Notes: a model not told the origin generated them from the letters alone. DNA of 64,000 nt from IMGVR_UViG_3300020380_000001:1-64000, one strand, 5' to 3'; numbered from the stretch's first letter, positions 29,099 through 38,553 are shown. Program-made: numbers and translations.

Positions 29099-29598
29099 TG
29101 AAAGAAGGATTTACGTTTAATTCTAAAGGACCTGCTCGAGTTATGTTGAGTGAGTTTTACACTGGCGACGCTATTTTAGGCGAGCCCGGCAACGGCGTGA
29201 TATTTACAAGCGGTAGAAACTGGGAACCGCAATATCCGGGCGGTGGCGACTATAGAACAAATGGCCGTATCGCAGTACTGGACAATCCTGGTTCTTACAT
29301 CATCTCTGAACAAGTGCAGGGCGATACCATAGAGTTTGCAGCAACCGGTGGTGTAAACGTAAAAGTATATGACGGCGCACGCTTAATCTTTGATGAAGAC
29401 GGGCCGTTTGTAATGAACAACGATATTGTATTTGAAGCAGGCTCCGGGCAATATGCAAACATAAACGAAGAGTTTTACGAGAACTGGACCGAGACAGCCA
29501 ATACTGACTTCCCTTACTCAAGACGCCTTACATACAACACAGACTATCAAGGCGAAGCTGTGAATAAACATTGGCAAGTGGTGATTACTCATTTATGA
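29086..29598 (+). CDS. hypothetical protein
   Basis: ORF coupled to its neighbours. Confidence 0.65.
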   Translation: MAVIMKEGFTFNSKGPARVMLSEFYTGDAILGEPGNGVIFTSGRNWEPQYPGGGDYRTNGRIAVLDNPGSYIISEQVQGDTIEFAATGGVNVKVYDGARLIFDEDGPFVMNNDIVFEAGSGQYANINEEFYENWTETANTDFPYSRRLTYNTDYQGEAVNKHWQVVITHL

Positions 29599-30146
29599 AC
29601 ACTATAGGAACTAAAACAAAATTACAGTTGGCTTCTGGCGAACTAATTAACGCGACTGCCCTTCGTGCAGGTGATGTGTTACGTACTGTTAAAATAAAGT
29701 ACTTGCCTGCTATAGACTCGCCTGAGTTTTTATCATGGCGTACGGGCGAACTTGAATTAGAGTACACTGAAGCAGAAGTAGTCACGCTCAAAACCGTACA
29801 GGAAAAAGTTGAGTTGATTAATATCAATAATGATGTATGGCTTTCGCCTGTTATGTTGGTATTGATTAAGCGCGAAGAACAGTGGATGTGGTCTCTTGCT
29901 TCGTCCCTTGTACCCGGCGACATTATTGTAGGCCATGATCGACAAGATATAAACGTCTTATCAGCCCATACGAGCGAAGAAAACTCGTCCATTAACGTGA
30001 TGACATCCGTAAATAATAGTGCGATAGTTGGGTGTAATGGCTGTTTTGTGATACTTACGCAAGTAGCCGGAGGCAAATTAATGCAGTTTGGCAACGAAGT
30101 ATTAGATCAAGACGCTCTTGCAGCAATGGGAATGACTATCGAGTAA
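29571..30146 (+). CDS. degenerate Hint-domain-like protein (start likely ATG 29595)
   Basis: TIGTKTKLQLASG..I.A..LRAGDVL (Hint block A-like), A..L.PGD.I, NG..V near C-terminus; lacks Cys1 and terminal HN. Confidence 0.55.
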   Translation: MASGDYSFMNTIGTKTKLQLASGELINATALRAGDVLRTVKIKYLPAIDSPEFLSWRTGELELEYTEAEVVTLKTVQEKVELININNDVWLSPVMLVLIKREEQWMWSLASSLVPGDIIVGHDRQDINVLSAHTSEENSSINVMTSVNNSAIVGCNGCFVILTQVAGGKLMQFGNEVLDQDALAAMGMTIE

Positions 30147-30155
30147 ACTTACAAT

Positions 30156-30539
30156 TTGGAGTTCGTCATGAAATTTATGAAACGAGTACGTGTAGACAAT
30201 ACTAATACTGATTATGGTTATATGGTATATGGCGGCGGTACAGTAGTGTACTGTGATGACTTGGACGACTTGAACAGAGAACTTTACACGCCTGTTCAGA
30301 ATGTTAGCTCGTATGATGGCAACGTGCCTTTAGTGACAGACTTGCAGAAGTTTGCAAATCTGAATGACTTGGAGGTAGTTCCAAACTGCGACCCTCATAT
30401 GGATACATACGAACTCCATGATCGTAACAGAAACATAAAATTTGTGTTGACTGATTACGACGATGAAAAGATGTTTATGCACTTGATGTTGACTGGTAAT
30501 CCGTCAGTTAAACTGGAGATGCCTGAAGAAGTGGATTGA
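30156..30539 (+). CDS. hypothetical protein
   Basis: ORF with GGAG RBS near ATG 30168. Confidence 0.7.
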   Translation: MEFVMKFMKRVRVDNTNTDYGYMVYGGGTVVYCDDLDDLNRELYTPVQNVSSYDGNVPLVTDLQKFANLNDLEVVPNCDPHMDTYELHDRNRNIKFVLTDYDDEKMFMHLMLTGNPSVKLEMPEEVD

Positions 30540-30593
30540 CATCCTTTCAAAAATAATGTATAATGGGGCCTAGTTAAGCGGAGAATAATAATA

Positions 30594-31232
30594 ATGATAA
30601 TTGCTTTACTAGGCTTCATCGGTTCAGGCAAAGGAACCGTTGGCGAGTGCCTTGTCGAAGATCATGGCTTCGTCCAAGAAAGTTTTGCCAAACCCCTAAA
30701 AGACGCAGTTTCCATCCTATACAGTTGGCCTAGACATTTACTGGAAGGCGACACAACTGAATCACGTGAATGGCGTGAACAACCCGACGCATATTGGTCT
30801 GAAATAATGGGCCGAGAAACCACCCCGCGTTCTGTTTTACAAAGTTTCGGTACTGACGTCATGCGTGAACATGTGCATACTGACTTCTGGGTCAAAAGCA
30901 TGCAAAAACGTATAGCGGACCTCCCGGAAGGCACGAACGTGGTAATTACTGATTGTAGATTCAGAAATGAAATCAAAGCAATTAGGGAAATGGGCGGCAA
31001 AGTCGCGCACGTTAATGATGGCAAAAAGCGTGACTGGTTTTATATAGCACACCGCGCAGCGCAAGGAAACCGACAAAGTATCAAAGAAATGGCTGAGTTA
31101 GGTATCCATCGCAGCGAGTGGGATTGGATTAATACTGACCCTGATATTATTATTAATAATGTCTTTGAAGAACGCAATGATCGCAGCTTGCAACTCTTTA
31201 AGCAAGAAATAACCAAAAAGATATTCAATTAG
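30594..31232 (+). CDS. gp1: deoxynucleoside monophosphate kinase (T4 gp1-like)
   Basis: IIALLGFIGSGKGT P-loop, FAKPLKD, TPR.VLQ.FGTDV.R, VITDCRFRNE; sigma70-like TTGACA/TATAAT upstream. Confidence 0.9.
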   Translation: MIIALLGFIGSGKGTVGECLVEDHGFVQESFAKPLKDAVSILYSWPRHLLEGDTTESREWREQPDAYWSEIMGRETTPRSVLQSFGTDVMREHVHTDFWVKSMQKRIADLPEGTNVVITDCRFRNEIKAIREMGGKVAHVNDGKKRDWFYIAHRAAQGNRQSIKEMAELGIHRSEWDWINTDPDIIINNVFEERNDRSLQLFKQEITKKIFN

Positions 31233-31291
31233 GTCTTGTGGTTGAGTAGTGCCTGCGCTATATTGTATATGTTAATGAAGTAAAGGTAACT

Positions 31292-31912
31292 ATGATGAAA
31301 GATTTAATTGTTTATGTCCATGGCTACGGCGGTAGTAAAAATTCAAGTACTGCCGCTAAAATTGCCGAACACATGCAAGAGTTAAGCAACGGCGAAATTG
31401 AAGTTATAGCCCTTGATTATGAATACATGAACCCGACTAAAGCGTTGCAGAGCTTGCATGACCAAATAGCTGAGATTGCCGATCAATACAGCAACATAAT
31501 CGTGCTTGGTAATTCTTTAGGTGGTTATTACGCTGACTTATTGGCTAAATTTTATCCTGAGTTAGTTGACATATTATTGTTAATCAACCCAAGCTTAAAT
31601 GCCCCTGAAAACTGTGTAAAATATATCGGTGAAGTAGTGAACTGGAAAAACAACAAGTACACTATTCGCGGTAATTTCGCACAAGAGTTGGCTGACATTG
31701 CGCACGGTGCTCCCGAGAGTTACGCGCCGGAAATGCCAGCTGTGGTGTTCTTGGGAATGGCCGACACTGTCGTTGACCCTAAACACACAATTGCTGTTAT
31801 GAAAGAGCGCGCCGAAATCGTGCGTTTCAAAGGCGAAGGTCATGTGCTAAATATTGATAGAAAAGTAGTTGAAAGAATCTACAAAGAAATCAATATAAGC
31901 CAGACAGTATGA
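31292..31912 (+). CDS. alpha/beta hydrolase (YqiA-like esterase)
   Basis: YVHGYGGS, GNSLGG nucleophile elbow, INP, D and GEGH triad residues. Confidence 0.85.
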   Translation: MMKDLIVYVHGYGGSKNSSTAAKIAEHMQELSNGEIEVIALDYEYMNPTKALQSLHDQIAEIADQYSNIIVLGNSLGGYYADLLAKFYPELVDILLLINPSLNAPENCVKYIGEVVNWKNNKYTIRGNFAQELADIAHGAPESYAPEMPAVVFLGMADTVVDPKHTIAVMKERAEIVRFKGEGHVLNIDRKVVERIYKEINISQTV

Positions 31913-32469
31913 AAATAAACCAAATAATTACCGAAACAACCGATAACCTCTTCAATACAGCGGACGACATGGCATCCCGCAGGGCCATTGCTGATTACGT
32001 CTACGATATGCTTCAAAAAAGTTACAAGCGTATCGGTGGCCTAAAAGGTAGTGGCTTCGCCAGCCCTGAAGATATGGTGAACAAAATCCCTTTCTGGAAA
32101 GTGTTCCGTCGCGGCAGCGATATCAAAGCTGTAATGATGTATAAGGATAAAAACGGCCGTAAACGCGTCGCTACAGGCTCGGACGGTTCAGACGATGCCA
32201 AAGACTGGATTGCCGATCAATTTTTGCAAGACGCCAACGGCCGTTCTTTCGCTGAAATAAGCGGACCTAGTTTAGGCTTCCATAAGAAAACGTTAGGTGA
32301 TACACTCGACGACATAAGCTTTACACATGACCAAGTCCGTGCAGCGTTACCTGGCACTGAGATTCGTCCTGTCCCAGGTAGCAAGTACGAGTATGAACGT
32401 TTCCTTAACGGTGAATGGATAACAAAGCGTATGGTGGGCAAAACCGGTAATAAGCTGTACCGCAAGTAA
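31909..32469 (+). CDS. hypothetical protein, possible head-internal protein
   Basis: N-terminus MKINQIITE resembles the T4 capsid-targeting sequence. Confidence 0.75.
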   Translation: MKINQIITETTDNLFNTADDMASRRAIADYVYDMLQKSYKRIGGLKGSGFASPEDMVNKIPFWKVFRRGSDIKAVMMYKDKNGRKRVATGSDGSDDAKDWIADQFLQDANGRSFAEISGPSLGFHKKTLGDTLDDISFTHDQVRAALPGTEIRPVPGSKYEYERFLNGEWITKRMVGKTGNKLYRK

Positions 32470-32502
32470 AAGAGATTATTTAGTCCAAAACTCCCAAAAA
32501 AG

Positions 32503-32533
32503 AAAAAAGCCCGTTTTAAGACGGGCTTTTGTT
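32503..32533 (+). terminator. terminator before the tail sheath promoter
   Basis: AAAAAAGCCCGT-TTTAAG-ACGGGCTTTT. Confidence 0.8.
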
Positions 32534-32588
32534 TGCCCGGTAGCTAAATACCGGAGTAAAAACAAAACCTAATAGGGAGTAATGAATA

Positions 32589-35500
32589 ATGAGTTTGGTT
32601 TCACCAGGCGTACAAGTAGACATTATTGATGAATCGGTTGGTTCAGGCGCAAGTAACGGCACAGTGCCTTTAATTGTGTTGGCTACCGAGAAAGATAAGC
32701 TAACACCGGCTGGCAGTGAAATCGCCGAAGGTACTACTGACGCATATGCAGGTAAACTGCAATTGTTTACATCACAGCGCGAAATTCTACAAGCAATGGG
32801 CAACCCTAAGTTTCATAAACTTGGCGGCACCTCGTTGCATGGTTACGAGTTGAACGAATACGGCTTGCTAGCCGCTCACTCATATCTTGGTTCTAGCAAC
32901 CGTGTTTATGTTGTGCGTGCGCCAATTGATTTGGCAGAGCTACAACCGCTTGACGAAGCACCTACGGGCGCACCACAAGCAGGCACTCACTGGCTTAACC
33001 TTAATGGTTCCCGTATCGGCATCAGCATTTATGACGGCAATACCGGTTCTTGGATTCCGCAAGAAGTTGAGTTTATTACTGATGCAAGTTCGCTTGACGC
33101 AAATGGCGTTCCACTTTCGTCTATTGAAGGTGATATCGGCCAATACGTTTGTGTTGCTGGTGTAGTCGCTGGCGCAGGCACAGGTCGCGAAGAGAACCGT
33201 ATTTTCCGTAGAACAACTTCTGGCTGGGAATTACTAGACACTTCTGTAATAAGCGAAAAGCTAATTTTCCGTAGCCACACTAAGCCTCCGTTTGTGGATG
33301 AAATGGCTTCAATGACAGTTTCGGCACAGGGTTCAGGCTACGGTGTTGGTGATCGTATCGGTCTTGCTGAATCTGCAGGTACTGGTAGACTATTAATGGT
33401 TGACGTGACTGGCGTTGACTCAAACGGCGCAGTTACTTCGTTTGAAGTTGTGTCTTACGGTCGTGACTACTCTGGCGCCGGTATTGTGTCTACTCAAACA
33501 AGCGCATTACAATCCAACGGCAGCCCGTCAGCTGGTACTGGATTCGAGATTACAGGTGATACTCTTGCGTCTGGCGACATTTGGATTAAGACAAGTGAAC
33601 CTGATTCTGGCACAAGCTTTGACATGAGTCTTTACGACGCGTCTGTAAGTCAGTGGATTGAACTAAGTGTACCTGTACACTTGTCACGTGACGCGGCTAC
33701 TAAAGCAGGTTCTACTCCAGTAGCGGCTGTATACGACTTTAGTAACGAAGCACCAGGCACAGGTACTCTTGTTGCTGACTTTGCTATTATGCGTCACAAC
33801 GGCCAAGGCGAAACAGTGGTTGAAGGTACAGTAACAGCACCTACAATTGGCGCGGGCAGCACATTAACTATCAATGGTTACGATGTAGTGTTAACTGGTA
33901 CCGACGTGGCGTCTGCTGTAGTAGACATTACTAACGCTGGAATTCCTGATATCAAAGCTAAGCACGAAGGCGGCAAGCTTTATATCACGAACAAGAAAGG
34001 CTACGACATTAAACTAGTTAACACCGCTGGTACACCGACTGCTGACCTTGGATTAGAAAACACTTCATTCGCAGTAACTGGCGGATTCGTCCACAGTAAC
34101 TGGGACTACCTTGACTATGTAGCAAGCGACAATGAAGAGCCGTTCCAAAACCCAAGTGACGGTACCCTTTGGTACAGTGAAAACTTCGGTGCTGACATCC
34201 TTGTTAATAACGGCGCAGGCAGCTGGGAAGACTTCCAGGGCACTGTATATATGCAACCAGCACTACCGCAAATTGGCATAGTGCGCGGTGACTTATGGAT
34301 CGATACTGATCAAGTTGAAGATTACCCTGTAATGTATCGTTACAATGGTTCATCATGGGATAAAATCGACCCAACTGATCAGACTACGTCGTCTGGTATA
34401 GTGTTCGCTGATGCTCGTCCAAGTGCTACATTTGGTTCAGCTACTGGCGCAAATAACGGTAACTTAGTTGGTGCACCTGACTTAGACGCTGATGCTCCTG
34501 ATCCGTTACTATATGCACGTGATATGCTGTTATTCAACACTCGTGCAAGCTCACACGTGGTAAAAGCTTGGGTAAACGAGCATGAACATGACGGCGTTCC
34601 TATTGGCGGCAGATGGGTACTAGAAAGTGGTCTGCGTACAGACGGCTCTGCATACTTTGGCAGACATGCGGTTAAACGTGTGATTATTGAAAGCATGGCA
34701 AGTGTGATTGTTAGTAACGAAGTTATCCGCGCTGAATCAGTTGAATACAACTTAATGGCAGCACCTGGATTCCCAGAGTTGTCTGATGAGCTACTTGCAC
34801 TGAATGCTGATCGTAAGTATACAGCGTTTATCCCGCAAGACGCACCGTTCCGCTTAGCGCCTAAAGGCACTGATATCGAATCGTGGGCCAACAACCGTGC
34901 TGGCAGCCCGTCGAACGACGATGCTGGTCTAGTAACGTTCAGCCGTTATATTGGTGTATTCTACCCTGGTTGTGCTTATGCAACTAACGTAGATGGTGAA
35001 GAAGTAGTTGTTCCAATTACCCACAGTGTGTTGCGTACTTACGCGGCAAACGATTCAGTTTCGTATCCGTGGTTCGCTGCTGCTTTCAGTAGACGCGGTG
35101 TTATCACTAACGCGACAAGTGTTGGTTATATTGACGATGAAGGTGAGTACTCTACTGTTGAGTTGAGTGAAGGTCTACGTGACGTGCTTTATACAAATAA
35201 AGTAAACCCAGTTGCGTATATTCCTAACTCCGGCTTAGAGATTTACGGTAACAAGTCACTATACAATCTTTCAAGCTCGCTTGATAGAATCAACGTAGTA
35301 CGACTTGAAAACTACCTACGTCAAAATATGCCTGGTCTAGCTCGTCCGTTCCTTGGTGAACAAAACGACAGACTAACGCGTGATCAAGTTCTTGATGTAT
35401 TCGAAAGATACATGGAGACACTAATCACTCTGCGTGCAATTGAAGACTATGTTGTGATCTGTGACGAAAGTAACAACACGCCGGCTAGACGTGATCGTAA

Positions 35501-35603
35501 TGAGCTATGGATTGACGTTGCTGTTATCCCGCTTAAGACTGTAGAATTTATCTACATTCCGGTACGATTCCGTAACTCAGGTGATAGCTTAAACATTAAC
35601 TAA
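32589..35603 (+). CDS. gp18: tail sheath protein (T4 gp18-like, 1004 aa with large inserted domains)
   Basis: MSLVSPGVQV.IIDES N-terminus; PWFAAA..RRG, LYTNKVNP, LDRINVVRL, ICDESNNTPARRDRNEL.IDVAVIP.K.VEFIYIP C-terminus; CTAAATA at 32544. Confidence 0.93.
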   Translation: MSLVSPGVQVDIIDESVGSGASNGTVPLIVLATEKDKLTPAGSEIAEGTTDAYAGKLQLFTSQREILQAMGNPKFHKLGGTSLHGYELNEYGLLAAHSYLGSSNRVYVVRAPIDLAELQPLDEAPTGAPQAGTHWLNLNGSRIGISIYDGNTGSWIPQEVEFITDASSLDANGVPLSSIEGDIGQYVCVAGVVAGAGTGREENRIFRRTTSGWELLDTSVISEKLIFRSHTKPPFVDEMASMTVSAQGSGYGVGDRIGLAESAGTGRLLMVDVTGVDSNGAVTSFEVVSYGRDYSGAGIVSTQTSALQSNGSPSAGTGFEITGDTLASGDIWIKTSEPDSGTSFDMSLYDASVSQWIELSVPVHLSRDAATKAGSTPVAAVYDFSNEAPGTGTLVADFAIMRHNGQGETVVEGTVTAPTIGAGSTLTINGYDVVLTGTDVASAVVDITNAGIPDIKAKHEGGKLYITNKKGYDIKLVNTAGTPTADLGLENTSFAVTGGFVHSNWDYLDYVASDNEEPFQNPSDGTLWYSENFGADILVNNGAGSWEDFQGTVYMQPALPQIGIVRGDLWIDTDQVEDYPVMYRYNGSSWDKIDPTDQTTSSGIVFADARPSATFGSATGANNGNLVGAPDLDADAPDPLLYARDMLLFNTRASSHVVKAWVNEHEHDGVPIGGRWVLESGLRTDGSAYFGRHAVKRVIIESMASVIVSNEVIRAESVEYNLMAAPGFPELSDELLALNADRKYTAFIPQDAPFRLAPKGTDIESWANNRAGSPSNDDAGLVTFSRYIGVFYPGCAYATNVDGEEVVVPITHSVLRTYAANDSVSYPWFAAAFSRRGVITNATSVGYIDDEGEYSTVELSEGLRDVLYTNKVNPVAYIPNSGLEIYGNKSLYNLSSSLDRINVVRLENYLRQNMPGLARPFLGEQNDRLTRDQVLDVFERYMETLITLRAIEDYVVICDESNNTPARRDRNELWIDVAVIPLKTVEFIYIPVRFRNSGDSLNIN

Positions 35604-35618
35604 TTTAATTAGTTAGAT

Positions 35619-35645
35619 AAAAAGGGGCGCTATGCCCCTTTTTTG
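35619..35645. terminator. bidirectional terminator after tail sheath
   Basis: AAAAGGGGC-GCTAT-GCCCCTTTTTT. Confidence 0.85.
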
Positions 35646-35700
35646 TGCCCTGAAGGCCGTAAATACTTTTGTAATCATTCTGTAACATTGAGGTGTTTTG

Positions 35701-35793
35701 ATGAACTTTAGTAATATGGTTGAAGGCGTTAAGGCGATTGCCGAGTTTGTAACGCCGCTTGTACTGGTAGCGGCTTGTATTCTACTTGCTTAA
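35701..35793 (+). CDS. 30-aa hydrophobic membrane peptide (not in ORF track)
   Basis: GTAAATA at 35659 and GAGGTG RBS; MNFSNMVEGVKAIAEFVTPLVLVAACILLA; bracketed by two terminators. Confidence 0.65.
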   Translation: MNFSNMVEGVKAIAEFVTPLVLVAACILLA

Positions 35794-35804
35794 TATGATA
35801 GAAG

Positions 35805-35828
35805 AAAAGGGGCGCAAGGCCCCTTTTT
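35805..35828. terminator. bidirectional terminator, near copy of 35619-35645
   Basis: AAAAGGGGC-GCAAG-GCCCCTTTTT. Confidence 0.85.
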
Positions 35829-35916
35829 AGTGCGAGAACTAGACTGGTAGCGACACCTACGCCCTCGACGTACCATACCTTAACGGTCCTAAGGCTGGAT
35901 TCTTTTTAAATTATAC

Positions 35917-35945
35917 TTGTATTTAGTGCCTTCAGTTGTTATAGT
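35917..35945 (+). promoter_or_regulatory. sigma70-like early promoter
   Basis: TTGTAT-N17-TATAGT with extended -10 TG. Confidence 0.6.
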
Positions 35946-35969
35946 TACTTTGAACTTAAAAACGACAAG

Positions 35970-36191
35970 GTGAATGATATGTATACTCAAGAACAAGAAC
36001 GAATCAAAGCAAAGACTATCGCAGCAATTAACAGCGCTCGCGAAGTGCTTAAGGCTGCCCGTGAAGGCAAAACCACCCAACGCGAGGCGTTTAACGCTCG
36101 TCAGAGCATAACTTCTGCTTTGATTATTTCTGACGCGGCTAACATTAGTCGTGATGAATACATCGGCTTATATGAGGATTGTTATGAGTAA
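35970..36191 (+). CDS. hypothetical protein
   Basis: ORF in an early operon. Confidence 0.65.
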   Translation: MNDMYTQEQERIKAKTIAAINSAREVLKAAREGKTTQREAFNARQSITSALIISDAANISRDEYIGLYEDCYE

Positions 36192-36543
36192 TACAGCCAA
36201 AATCGGTGTAATTAATGAAATCTTCGGTAGCGAGTTTATTATCAACGCTTCTGCGAAATCAGAGCCATACGGTGTTGATGGCTTGCCTAAAGGCTATGAC
36301 CCGTTAATTACACCCACTTGTACGTTTGAACAGAGAACGTCTGAAACTCATCGCAATGAGCGTCGAACCTTTTTCTTAATCGAACATGGCGGTTTTGTGG
36401 TCGTTGGACGGCTATGCACTGCCATGCCCGGGAGCGGTTATGACGAATACGCTGTGATTCATAACTGCGAGCCTGCTGACACCGAAGACGGTGATATGGC
36501 AAAGCGCCGGTTTTATTCATGGCAAAAAACACTAGGACAGTGA
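36151..36543 (+). CDS. hypothetical protein
   Basis: ORF with GAGG RBS before ATG ~36184. Confidence 0.65.
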   Translation: MMNTSAYMRIVMSNTAKIGVINEIFGSEFIINASAKSEPYGVDGLPKGYDPLITPTCTFEQRTSETHRNERRTFFLIEHGGFVVVGRLCTAMPGSGYDEYAVIHNCEPADTEDGDMAKRRFYSWQKTLGQ

Positions 36544-36791
36544 GCATGACTACACTCAGAGAGTTTGTTCAAGAAGCGGTAATGCGCGACGTCTGGGTTT
36601 ATGAAGAAAAAACTGAATACGACTTTTCGTATGAAAATAAGTACTTTGCTTTAAACCGAGCAGGGCACTTACATGGCATGTATTGCGGCACAACCAACAA
36701 AGCAACATGGTATAGCCGCCCAATGATGCAATTCAGTAAGAGCTATCGTAAATTCCAACGTATTAAATTAAAAGATGTGGAGGCCAAATGA
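36519..36791 (+). CDS. hypothetical protein
   Basis: ORF coupled to the ligase gene. Confidence 0.65.
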   Translation: MAKNTRTVSMTTLREFVQEAVMRDVWVYEEKTEYDFSYENKYFALNRAGHLHGMYCGTTNKATWYSRPMMQFSKSYRKFQRIKLKDVEAK

Positions 36792-38107
36792 GCCAGATTT
36801 TCCCTATACTTGAGCAGCTCAGTTCAAGTCGTTCTCGCTTGCACAAAGAAGCTGTGCTGAAGGATAATAAAGAAAACGTGCTGTTCCGTCGTGTTCTGCA
36901 ATACGCACTTAATGGATTAATGCCATTTTATATGCGTGCCGCTCCTGAATTCACACCTGCTACGACTGACGCTTCTGTTACACTTGACGAGTTTTTGGAT
37001 GTGCTGGATTTGTTATCAGCACGAGTAGTCACCGGCCATGCTGCGCGTGACTTAGTTATTGAGAACTTAAGTAAAATGTCACCCGGTGATGCTGATGTCG
37101 GCGCTCGTGTACTAGCCAAAGACCTGCGCTGCGGGATTAGTCATAAAACAGTAAACAAAATACTAGGCAAGGACTTTGTATCTGAATACCCTGTATTACT
37201 TGCTGAGAAAAAGTCAGACAAGTACATCGCTGAAAATATTACATGGCCTGCATTTTGCCAGAATAAGTTTGATGGTATGCGTTCAAATGCGGTGCTTGAT
37301 ACAGATGGCGCTGTGCTGTGGTTCACCCGTAACGGTAAAACACTGTCGTTCCATAACGTGCTAGACTGTTCAGTCACACAATTCGTTACTCATACAGGCC
37401 GTTCTTCAGGTATGCTGGATGGCGAGCTAGTGGTGCTTGACGAAAACGGCAACGTGCTACCTAGAAAAACAGGCAACGGCATTTTGAACAAAGCAATTAA
37501 AGGCACGATAAGCGAAGAAGAAGCCAGTCGTATCAGATTCCATGTTTGGGACTTTGTTGAACTAAGTGACTACACGATGCGCCGAGGTGAAACCCCGTAT
37601 GTTGCTCGCTTGAATGACCTTGCCAAAATGGCAGAGGCTGACGTGCACGGTATTACAGTGGTAGAGACGAACGAAGTGCAAGACTTAAGTGAAGTTGAAG
37701 AGCACTTCAAGAAAGCTACGTCGAATGGTGAAGAAGGCGTGATGCTCAAAAACAAAACGCACTTGTGGAGTTCTACTCGCTCTAAGGAAATCATCAAATT
37801 CAAGATGGAACTTGAAGCTGACTTACTGTGCGTTGGCTGGGAGTTAGGTACTGGCAAAAACGCAGAGCGTCTAGGTGCATTAGTGCTTACAGATGGCACT
37901 GGCGAACTTAAAGTAAATGTTGGGTCAGGGTTTAACGACACACACCGCGACAATATAAAGGCAGAAGATGTGGTAGGCCAGATAGTCGCTGTTAAGTATA
38001 ACGAGAAAATCCAACGCAACGACGGGTCATGGTCGTTATTCTTACCGATTTTTATTGAGATACGAAGCGACAAATCTGAGCCAAATACTCTTAACGAGCT
38101 GGCATAA
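36788..38107 (+). CDS. gp30: ATP-dependent DNA ligase (T4 gp30-like)
   Basis: QNKFDGMR (KxDG), LDGEL, FHVWD, EEGVMLK, IIKFK, NVGSGF, SLFLPIF motifs. Confidence 0.93.
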   Translation: MSQIFPILEQLSSSRSRLHKEAVLKDNKENVLFRRVLQYALNGLMPFYMRAAPEFTPATTDASVTLDEFLDVLDLLSARVVTGHAARDLVIENLSKMSPGDADVGARVLAKDLRCGISHKTVNKILGKDFVSEYPVLLAEKKSDKYIAENITWPAFCQNKFDGMRSNAVLDTDGAVLWFTRNGKTLSFHNVLDCSVTQFVTHTGRSSGMLDGELVVLDENGNVLPRKTGNGILNKAIKGTISEEEASRIRFHVWDFVELSDYTMRRGETPYVARLNDLAKMAEADVHGITVVETNEVQDLSEVEEHFKKATSNGEEGVMLKNKTHLWSSTRSKEIIKFKMELEADLLCVGWELGTGKNAERLGALVLTDGTGELKVNVGSGFNDTHRDNIKAEDVVGQIVAVKYNEKIQRNDGSWSLFLPIFIEIRSDKSEPNTLNELA

Positions 38108-38188
38108 AATAGTTGCAAAAATAATTTAAGGTACTATAATAAGTAGTACCTTAAAACACTAACTAAAAATAACAACAAAGGTGTTATC

Positions 38189-38404
38189 ATGAGAAACAAA
38201 ACTGCCAAACTAATTCGTAAGAAAGCACGCCAGACAGCACAGCAAGCGAGTTGGCCGACCTCTAATCCGGTTGTGCAATTTACTCGCAAAGTGCAAGTAG
38301 GCGGCGGCATTGTTGAGCTGCCCGGAACTATCGTTGAAGAGAATTCCGAACGTGCTTTGTACAAAACTTTTAAGCGCAAGTATAAAGCGTTTCGAAGTGC
38401 ATGA
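38189..38404 (+). CDS. small basic hypothetical protein
   Basis: AAAGGTG RBS, sigma70-like promoter upstream. Confidence 0.65.
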   Translation: MRNKTAKLIRKKARQTAQQASWPTSNPVVQFTRKVQVGGGIVELPGTIVEENSERALYKTFKRKYKAFRSA

Positions 38405-38458
38405 TTTATTGACGCGCCTCTCCTTTTAGCGCAATGCCCTCCGTAGGGCATCCCCCTT

Positions 38459-38484
38459 AACCCGCCTCCCGGCGGGTTTTTTTT
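38459..38484 (+). terminator. rho-independent terminator
   Basis: AACCCGCC-TCCC-GGCGGGTT-TTTTTT. Confidence 0.85.
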
Positions 38485-38553
38485 GCTCAAAATACAAATA
38501 CTTCTAGACTGCTAAATAGATATGAAGATCTACTTTTAGGAGTTTTAAAACAT

